Below are positions 40,050-47,013 of a stretch of DNA of 64,000 nt, in pieces. Within the stretch, counting starts at the first letter, position 1. Each line of letters starts with the position of its first letter. The position numbers and the translations under genes were made by a program. Origin of the DNA: an uncultured delta proteobacterium (GTDB lineage: Bacteria; Desulfobacterota; Binatia; Binatales; Binataceae); the NCBI GenBank assembly GCA_963733715.1, contig CAVTEN010000021.1:166970-230969 (forward strand), written 5' to 3'. The notes under the pieces are model-generated. The model made no database searches, was not told the DNA's origin, and saw only the letters and a list, made by a program, of their open reading frames with translations.

Positions 40050-40931
40050 GTGCAAGGCAGCTACCTGAAAGAAGTAGCTCTCGATAGCTACTACTATTTG
40101 ACTCGCACAACTGGTGTGGGCCTCGTGCACAACCAACTCCGTCGCTGGTCACATCGCAGGCGCTACGGAGTGGATAGCTCCTTCATGTTCCGTACTGTGG
40201 AACTCGAAGTCAATTCGATGTGCAATCGGAAATGCTCTTATTGTCCGAATGTCTCCACGCAAAGACCTACCGGCTACATGACGGAATCTCTCTTCCAGAA
40301 AATTATTGCCGATCTTGCGGAAATGGATTTCGACGGCAACGTCTCATACCATTTCTACGGTGAACCTCTGCTGGATAAGCGCTTGCTCGGGTTCGTCGAA
40401 TACACAGTCAGACACGTCCCGAGATGCAGACCCCTGATATATTCGAATGGCGATTTCCTCACGCTCGATATCTTCCGCGAGTACATCAAGTGGGGACGCA
40501 CGATGTTTTGTATCACTCAACACGACAACCGGATGACGCCTAACCTGCAAGCGATCTTGTCCGAGGCGAGCGCGGAAGAGCTGGACCATATCCAGGTTCG
40601 TTTTGCAAATAATATTCACATGATGAACCGCAGCGGTCTCATCAAGACCATGGGTGTACCCAGTGAACCTCTTGAAATGCCATGCGATGCGCCTCTAGCC
40701 ACGATGGTGATAACCATGAGTGGCAATGTGGTTCTATGCTGCAACGACTATCTTGAAACGGAAGTTATAGGCAACGTAGCAACCTATTCGCTGCGTGAGG
40801 TTTGGTGCAGCGAACCTTTCGAGCGCTTCCGTAGCGCTCTGTCCAAAGGCGATCGTACCGCATCGAAGTTGTGTGTAAGTTGCGACTCCGTAACGCCCGA
40901 TTCCGCACTGAAACGCATCGTCGCGCAGTAA
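40050..40931 (+). CDS. Radical SAM enzyme with Cys-rich C-terminal (SPASM/twitch-like) region
   Basis: CNRKCSYC (CxxxCxxC). C-terminal cysteines at MPCDAP, VLCCNDY, WCSEPF and LCVSCDS. The start is GTG 40050 or ATG 40185; track ORF 39888.. overlaps pqqD-like. Confidence 0.75.
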   Translation: MQGSYLKEVALDSYYYLTRTTGVGLVHNQLRRWSHRRRYGVDSSFMFRTVELEVNSMCNRKCSYCPNVSTQRPTGYMTESLFQKIIADLAEMDFDGNVSYHFYGEPLLDKRLLGFVEYTVRHVPRCRPLIYSNGDFLTLDIFREYIKWGRTMFCITQHDNRMTPNLQAILSEASAEELDHIQVRFANNIHMMNRSGLIKTMGVPSEPLEMPCDAPLATMVITMSGNVVLCCNDYLETEVIGNVATYSLREVWCSEPFERFRSALSKGDRTASKLCVSCDSVTPDSALKRIVAQ

Positions 40932-40946
40932 GCCGGGAAAACTCCT

Positions 40947-42818
40947 ATGAGCGGCATAGTCGGAATCGTCAATCTGGATGGTGCGTCGGTGGATCGCCGC
41001 GTGCTGTCGCGCATGACTGAATTTCTTGCGTTCCGCGGTCCTGACGCTCAGCAAGTTTGGATTGACCGCGCCGTCGGCTTCGGTCATACGCTGCTTAAGA
41101 CCACTGATGAGTCCGAGCATGAACACCAGCCGTTAACCTTGAATGGGGAAGTCTGGATCGTCGCCGACGCCCGGATAGACGCACGCCAGGACTTGATCGC
41201 AAAACTGAAGTCTCACGGACAAGACGTCGCGCTCGATGCTCCTGACGTTGAACTGATCCTCCGTTCGTATTTGGTCTGGCGAGAGGGATGCGTCGAGCAT
41301 CTGCTCGGCGATTTTGCTTTCGGAATCTGGGACGCTTCGCAACAGCGCCTGTTCTGTGCCCGCGACCAGATGGGCGTCAAGCCATTTTATTACGCAGCTC
41401 TAGGTCCTTGTGTCATCTTCAGCAACACCTTGGACTGCGTCCGTCTGCATCCATCTGTCTCGGACCGCCTCAACGACACGGCGATAGCTGATTTTCTTCT
41501 GTTTAATCTGAACCAGGATAAGGCGACGACTACCTTCGCCGATATCCATCGGCTCCCGCCGGCGCATACTGCAACGTGGTCTGGTCGCAACCTAAGACTT
41601 CAACGTTACTGGACGCTTCCTATCGATGAGCCTATCTACTACCGCCGACACCAGGACTACGTCGACTGCTTCAGAGAATTGTTGCGGACCACAGTAGGCG
41701 ACCGTATCCGGACAGACCGGGTAGGGATCTTTATGAGTGGTGGCCTGGATTCGACGACGCTTGCCGCAAGCGCTCGCGGGCTACTTTCAGCACGATCCGG
41801 CGATAATGGCGTGCGCGCCTTTACGACTTCCTACCAGGGATACGACCAGGAAGGCGAGTACGCTGGCATGGTGGCTAAGAGCCTCGGCATTTCGATTCGA
41901 TTCCAGAGTTGGGGTCCCGAGAGAGTTGACCCGAACTGGTACTCTGGCGCATTTCACACTCCCGAACCTGTCCCCTATCCTGCCAGCCGGGCGTCGGACA
42001 TGGCGGATTTCCGTGCGATGGCGTCCTATAGCAGGGTAGCTCTTTACGGCGAAGGACCTGACAACGCACTACGATACGAATGGCGTTCCTATATCGGCTA
42101 TCTAGTCCGCCACCAGCGCTGGCGCTTACTTCACGACCTTTGCAGCCATGCTGTGTTGCATCGGCGACTCCCGCTTCTTTCCAGCATTCCGGGTATCATG
42201 CGGCAGTGGCAGCGGAAACGCGACACGGACATGGTGCCGCCTTTCCCGGATTGGTTCAATCCAGACTTCGAAAACAGTCTCCAGCTACGGACAAGGTGGG
42301 AACAACTCTGGCGCGATCCACCTTTCACTCATCCCATCCGGCCCCGCGGCTATGCCTCCTTCGATCTACCATTGTGGCAGGCCATATTCGAATCGTTTGA
42401 TGTCGCCGGGACTGGAGCTCAACTTGAGGTCAGGCACCCCTTCCTGGATCTCCGGATGCTTCGATTCTTGCTCGCTGTTCCAACGCTGCCCTGGTGCCGT
42501 TCGAAGTATTTGTTGCGCAGGTCGATGCGAGGAGTACTACCTGAGCCCGTGTTGCGGAGACCGAAGGCACCTGTTCTTCGCGATCTCCATGAGGAGCGCG
42601 TCATGGAGTGCGGCTTGCCTCTGCTTGAGCCGACGTGCAATCTGGACAGGTACGTCGACACCGAGCGTTTGCTGCGAACTCCGATTCGTTCGCCTGCAAC
42701 GTTCTGGATTGACTTTCGGACTCGAAGTTTGAATTATTGGCTGCGAAACAACGAATGCGTGGAAAAGCAGCCTCTGCGGGAGGAAAGTAAGTGGAACGTT
42801 CTGATAAACGCGAAATAA
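40947..42818 (+). CDS. Asparagine synthase-family lasso cyclase candidate (C protein)
   Basis: N-terminus MSGIVGI (Ser replaces the Cys2 glutaminase nucleophile). PP-loop IFMSGGLDSTTLAA. 623 aa. Confidence 0.75.
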   Translation: MSGIVGIVNLDGASVDRRVLSRMTEFLAFRGPDAQQVWIDRAVGFGHTLLKTTDESEHEHQPLTLNGEVWIVADARIDARQDLIAKLKSHGQDVALDAPDVELILRSYLVWREGCVEHLLGDFAFGIWDASQQRLFCARDQMGVKPFYYAALGPCVIFSNTLDCVRLHPSVSDRLNDTAIADFLLFNLNQDKATTTFADIHRLPPAHTATWSGRNLRLQRYWTLPIDEPIYYRRHQDYVDCFRELLRTTVGDRIRTDRVGIFMSGGLDSTTLAASARGLLSARSGDNGVRAFTTSYQGYDQEGEYAGMVAKSLGISIRFQSWGPERVDPNWYSGAFHTPEPVPYPASRASDMADFRAMASYSRVALYGEGPDNALRYEWRSYIGYLVRHQRWRLLHDLCSHAVLHRRLPLLSSIPGIMRQWQRKRDTDMVPPFPDWFNPDFENSLQLRTRWEQLWRDPPFTHPIRPRGYASFDLPLWQAIFESFDVAGTGAQLEVRHPFLDLRMLRFLLAVPTLPWCRSKYLLRRSMRGVLPEPVLRRPKAPVLRDLHEERVMECGLPLLEPTCNLDRYVDTERLLRTPIRSPATFWIDFRTRSLNYWLRNNECVEKQPLREESKWNVLINAK

Positions 42819-42967
42819 AGCCTGGCGAATCAATAAAGAAACCGTACAGTAGGCCTCAGTTGGAGGTTTACGGCAATCTACGCGAGATCACCCAAAGCGC
42901 GGGCAAGACCGGAAAGTCAGATGGTGGTGGTGTTGGAAACCCCAACCACATAAATACGGCTCCCTAA
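42791..42967 (+). CDS. Lasso peptide precursor (58 aa): leader MERSDKREIKPGESIKKPYSRPQLEVYGNLREITQ, core SAGKTGKSDGGGVGNPNHINTAP
   Basis: My own translation; the ORF is below the track's 60-aa cutoff. The GTG at 42791 is preceded by GGGAGG with a 7-nt spacer. The leader has Y-17, P-14, L-12, G-8 and T-2. The core has Ser1 and Asp9. It overlaps the cyclase 3' end by 28 nt. Confidence 0.75.
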   Translation: MERSDKREIKPGESIKKPYSRPQLEVYGNLREITQSAGKTGKSDGGGVGNPNHINTAP

Positions 42968-43229
42968 GAGCAAATACTTAGGCCAGCGTCGAGCCAACGA
43001 GGACGGACAATGCCGAGTCAAGAATTCTTCGAAAGGCTTGGTCTGTTTGTAGTCGGTGATTTTCTGGATGCCGCTCGTTGTGCTCAACTTTCTCGGAAGT
43101 GTTGGCGTCACCTGATTTGAAGGGACAAGTAGGTGGCGAAGTCAAATCGATAACCTTCGGCTAACGTCTTACCGTTGCGGCCTGGCTCACCAGCGACTCT
43201 TCACAAATCTCGGCCCCTCTTAAGCTTCT

Positions 43230-44804
43230 TTGATGACGCCTTCGCTGGCGCGCATAGCAGAATCTTTGAAAATTCAAGACTCGCCCAGCCTTGCCGTTCG
43301 TGAATCGGACGAACGACTGTACAAGGAAGCTATTTTCGCGCTGGCGGAGGCCAATAGAACTGAGGAAGCGATAGCGCTGGCTCGTCGCGCTCATAAGTCG
43401 TTCCCCAATCTACGATACTTTCAACTATGGGAAGCGCTCATGCTTCCGGTCCTATATGACACCGAGGAACAAATCGACCACTACCGGGCGCGATATTCCG
43501 CCGGCCTCGCCGAGGGTATAGCGGGTTTCAACTTAGATGACTCCGGAGATCGTCGGGCGGCGCTGGACGCGGTAAGCCGCCATCTTAATTTCTATCTTGG
43601 CTACCAGGGCCGCGACGATCGGGAATTGCAGGAGCAATACGCCCGGTTCGTCCACGCGGTGATGGCGGCGAACTACCCGGATTGGGTAAAGCCGATTGCC
43701 ATGCCGCCTCTCCGTCGTGGAGAGAAGATCCGGGTCGGCTATATCTCGGCGCACTTTCGCGATCATAGCGTCGCGAAACTTTTTTCCGGCTGGCTTCAGG
43801 AACTTGATCGCGGCGAGTTCGAACCGTTCGTCTATCACAACGGACAGACGGCGGACGCGGTTACCGATGATATCCGCCAAATGACCGATCATTTTCGCCA
43901 CATACCGGGAGTCCTGGAGCCGCTGTGCCAGGCAGTCGCGGCTGACAATCTGCATATCGCAGTGTTTCTGGACGTGCGGCATCGGCGCATGATGATGACG
44001 TCCTCATTGCGCCTGGCGCCGGTGCAGTGTGTTGCCTGGGCTCATCCGATCACTTCGGGATCGCCGATGCTCGACTACTATCTGTCGGGCGACCTGATGG
44101 AGCCCGAGGATGCGCAAGACCACTACTGCGAGCGCCTGATCCGCTTGCCGGGCCTGGGAGTCTGCTATCCGAAGCCGATGATTCCGAGGCCGCTGCTGCG
44201 AAAATCCCGCGCCGACTTCGGTCTCAGCGAGGACCGGATCGTGTTCCTTTGTTGTCAGTCAATCTTTAAATATCTTCCGCAGCACGACGATCTCTTTGTC
44301 CGTGTCGCGAAGCGGCTCCCCGCCGCCCAGTTCGTGTTTTTGGCGCTTAACGAAGCGGTCGCCAGGGACTTTCTGGTGCGATTGCGCCGTGCTTTCGCGG
44401 CACAGGGGCTCGAGGCTTCGGATCACTGCGTCATTCTCCCGATCCTCGGCAAATTCGACTACTGGAATCTGAATCTGCTCGCCGACGTATTTCTGGATTC
44501 CCTCGAGTGGTCCGGTGGAGTAACCACACTCGAAGCTATCGCCTGCGGGTTACCCATTGTTACGCTGCCAGGACGTTACATGCGCGGAAGACACAGTTAC
44601 GGGATTCTCACACAGTTGGGCATTACGGACACCATCGCTCACGACAAGGACGAGTACGTGGAGATCGCCGTCCGGCTCGGCACGGATCGTGAGTGGCGTA
44701 CAGATGTGCTCAACCGAATGACGGCGAACCAGGCGCGGCTTTACTCCGATACCAAGTGTGTCCGGGCGCTGGAAGATTTCTTTCGATCGGTAGTCCTGGC
44801 CTGA
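43230..44804 (+). CDS. GT41-family glycosyltransferase (bacterial OGT/SPINDLY-like) with helical N-terminal region
   Basis: RVGYISAHFRDHSVAKLF and VAWAHPITSGSPMLDYYLSGDLMEPEDAQDHYCERLIRLPG are typical of COG3914/Glyco_transf_41 proteins (family recognised from memory). Confidence 0.6.
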   Translation: MMTPSLARIAESLKIQDSPSLAVRESDERLYKEAIFALAEANRTEEAIALARRAHKSFPNLRYFQLWEALMLPVLYDTEEQIDHYRARYSAGLAEGIAGFNLDDSGDRRAALDAVSRHLNFYLGYQGRDDRELQEQYARFVHAVMAANYPDWVKPIAMPPLRRGEKIRVGYISAHFRDHSVAKLFSGWLQELDRGEFEPFVYHNGQTADAVTDDIRQMTDHFRHIPGVLEPLCQAVAADNLHIAVFLDVRHRRMMMTSSLRLAPVQCVAWAHPITSGSPMLDYYLSGDLMEPEDAQDHYCERLIRLPGLGVCYPKPMIPRPLLRKSRADFGLSEDRIVFLCCQSIFKYLPQHDDLFVRVAKRLPAAQFVFLALNEAVARDFLVRLRRAFAAQGLEASDHCVILPILGKFDYWNLNLLADVFLDSLEWSGGVTTLEAIACGLPIVTLPGRYMRGRHSYGILTQLGITDTIAHDKDEYVEIAVRLGTDREWRTDVLNRMTANQARLYSDTKCVRALEDFFRSVVLA

Positions 44805-44815
44805 GAGTGCACACT

Positions 44816-45958
44816 ATGTATGACCTTGCAGATTACGCGGCGATGATCGCATTCAAGGGGAGAACGTCAGCGTATGCGCGCGGGATTGAAGCTCATGTCA
44901 CCCCGGGCTCTGTGGTATTGGACATTGGCGCCGGCACCGGCATCCTCTCATTTCTTGCTTGCCGCGCCGGTGCTTCGAAGGTCTACGCAGTCGAATCCGA
45001 CAACATAATTCAACTTGCGCGTGAGGCAGCGGCAGACAACGGATTTTCCAGCCGCATAGAGTTTGTTCAGGGCTTGACCACCGAAATCGAGCTTCCCGAA
45101 AAAGTTGATGGGATCGTATGTGATATACACGGCCTCCTTCCGGTTAACGGGAAAAGTATCGTCTCGATTCTTGATGCCCGCGATCGGTTCCTGAAGCCTG
45201 GAGGCTGGATCCTGCCGGCGCGGGAAACGATGTGGGCGACTCTGGCCTGCTGTCCGTCCCTTCATGCCTCGCTCAGCAGTACCTGGGACACGGAGTATGG
45301 ATTTGATTTCGGCCGAGCGCGCCTCAAGACTGTGAATAATATGCGAGCAGTCCGGCTGAAGCCTGAGGATCTCCTGGGCGCGCCCCAACGCTGGACCGTG
45401 TTGGACTACGAGACTCTTGAAGGTCCCAGCTTAAGCGGCGATTTGTCATGGCTCATCGAGCGGAACGCCACGGCTCACGGCGTATGCGTGTGGTATGAGG
45501 CCGAAACCGATCCGGCGTCCACGTTCACCAATGCGCCTGCGGCCAGCGAACGCTACGTCTATCGTCACGCATTTTTCCCGTGGCCGGAACCAGTAGAGTT
45601 GATGGCTGGCGATCGCGTGACGGTTAGCCTGCGGGCCGATTTTGTCAACGGGGATTACGTATGGTCCTGGAACACGACCCTGACAAGTGATTCCAGCGAT
45701 GTGAAAGCGCGCTATCGTCAATCGACTTTCATTGGGGCAATTCTGTCGCCCGAGCGGCTACGCCGGAGCGCAGCCGGATTTGTTCCCGAGCCGAACGAGG
45801 ATTGGCGGATCGATAGCAAACTGCTGGAATTGATTGGCCGCGGTATCAGTTTGGGTGAGATCGCTACCACGCTTCTGGCCGAGTTTCCCGCACAGCTCAA
45901 AGATTGGAACGTCGCGCTCGCAAGAGCAGCGGATCTGTCGGAAACATACAGCAAGTAA
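44816..45958 (+). CDS. Class I SAM-dependent methyltransferase, PRMT-like
   Basis: The ATG at 44816 lies in track ORF 44693..45958. VVLDIGAGTGILSFLACRAGASKVYAVESD (motif I/post-I) and VDGIVCD, plus a C-terminal beta-barrel-sized domain. Confidence 0.6.
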   Translation: MYDLADYAAMIAFKGRTSAYARGIEAHVTPGSVVLDIGAGTGILSFLACRAGASKVYAVESDNIIQLAREAAADNGFSSRIEFVQGLTTEIELPEKVDGIVCDIHGLLPVNGKSIVSILDARDRFLKPGGWILPARETMWATLACCPSLHASLSSTWDTEYGFDFGRARLKTVNNMRAVRLKPEDLLGAPQRWTVLDYETLEGPSLSGDLSWLIERNATAHGVCVWYEAETDPASTFTNAPAASERYVYRHAFFPWPEPVELMAGDRVTVSLRADFVNGDYVWSWNTTLTSDSSDVKARYRQSTFIGAILSPERLRRSAAGFVPEPNEDWRIDSKLLELIGRGISLGEIATTLLAEFPAQLKDWNVALARAADLSETYSK

Positions 45959-46210
45959 AAACCTATTGGCTTTGGCCGTTTCTTCCTCTGCCGCCCATTA
46001 GTTTTTCACGCATTCTGCGACTTTTAACGTGGTGTTTGGGTACGACAGTCGAGTTGAGGTCGCTAATTTGCTATAAGCATGAGCCAATACCGACGCATCA
46101 GCAGCTTGGGCCCGCAATAGCATCTGTTTCTATCAAGATGAGCAGTCTGTCAGACTGGACCACCAATTCGGGGCGGATACGGATTTAGACTCTGGAGGGG
46201 CGTGACGTAG

Positions 46211-46979
46211 ATGAAGAACGGGAGCAATTTGAGTTGGTTGCGGGTGTGGTCGTTGGCGATGCTGGCGATGATCGGCGATAGCTGCCAGCGCTCCGGCGGC
46301 GCATGCGCAAAGCACGGTCGGTACGATCACGCAGCTCGCCGGGACCGCCAACATCCAGCGCGCCGGCGCGACCATCGCGGCCGCGCCGAACATGCCGATT
46401 ATGCTGCACGATCGAATCGCGACGAATCCTAACGCATCGCTGACCATCAGCCTGGTTGACAACAGCTCACTGCAATTGGGCTCAGCGTCAACCCTGGTCA
46501 TCGACAGCAGCGTCATGGTGAACGGAGTCGGAGCGCCGAGCAAGGTCGGACTGCTGCAAGGCGATCTGCATTCCTTAATCGTCGGCGCGATGAAAGGCAG
46601 TTCGACGACATTCGAAGTGAACACTCCCAACGCCATCGGAGCTGTTCGCGGCACCGATTTTCAAATGCATACCGACAACAACGGACGCCAGGGATACCCC
46701 GATTGCTTTCAGTTTACTGACCTCAGCGTCGACGACGGCACGGTGCAGTTCTGCAATACCGCGACTCCGCCCGAATGCAAGGACATCAAGAAGGGTGAAC
46801 ACTCCACGATGGCATGCGGCGGATTCGCCGGAGGTAGCGCCGCAGGAGGATTGGGCGTGGTCGGTGGGACAGCGGTTGGCGTAGGCCTCGCAGCCGGCGC
46901 CGGCGTTGGCATCGCGGCTGGAGCCGGAGCGTTTGGCGGCGGCGGCAATCAAAAGAAAAAGCATTCAGACAAGGATTGA
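46211..46979 (+). CDS. FecR-domain secreted protein with Gly/Ala-rich C-terminal tail; frame broken near 46275
   Basis: The signal peptide MKNGSNLSWLRVWSLAMLAMI is in one frame. AIAASAPAAHAQSTVGTITQLAGTANIQRAG continues in the frame of ORF 46392..46979. LHDRIATNPNASLTISLVDNSSLQLG is FecR-like. Confidence 0.6.
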
Positions 46980-47013
46980 TCACGCTGCCCGTGACGTGTG
47001 ACCTGGTCCGCGG

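Noticed and set aside
42917-43111. 64-aa ORF on the - strand overlapping the precursor 3' end and spacer
   Set aside because: It has no motif and no RBS, and it is antisense to the well-supported precursor. It is probably spurious.
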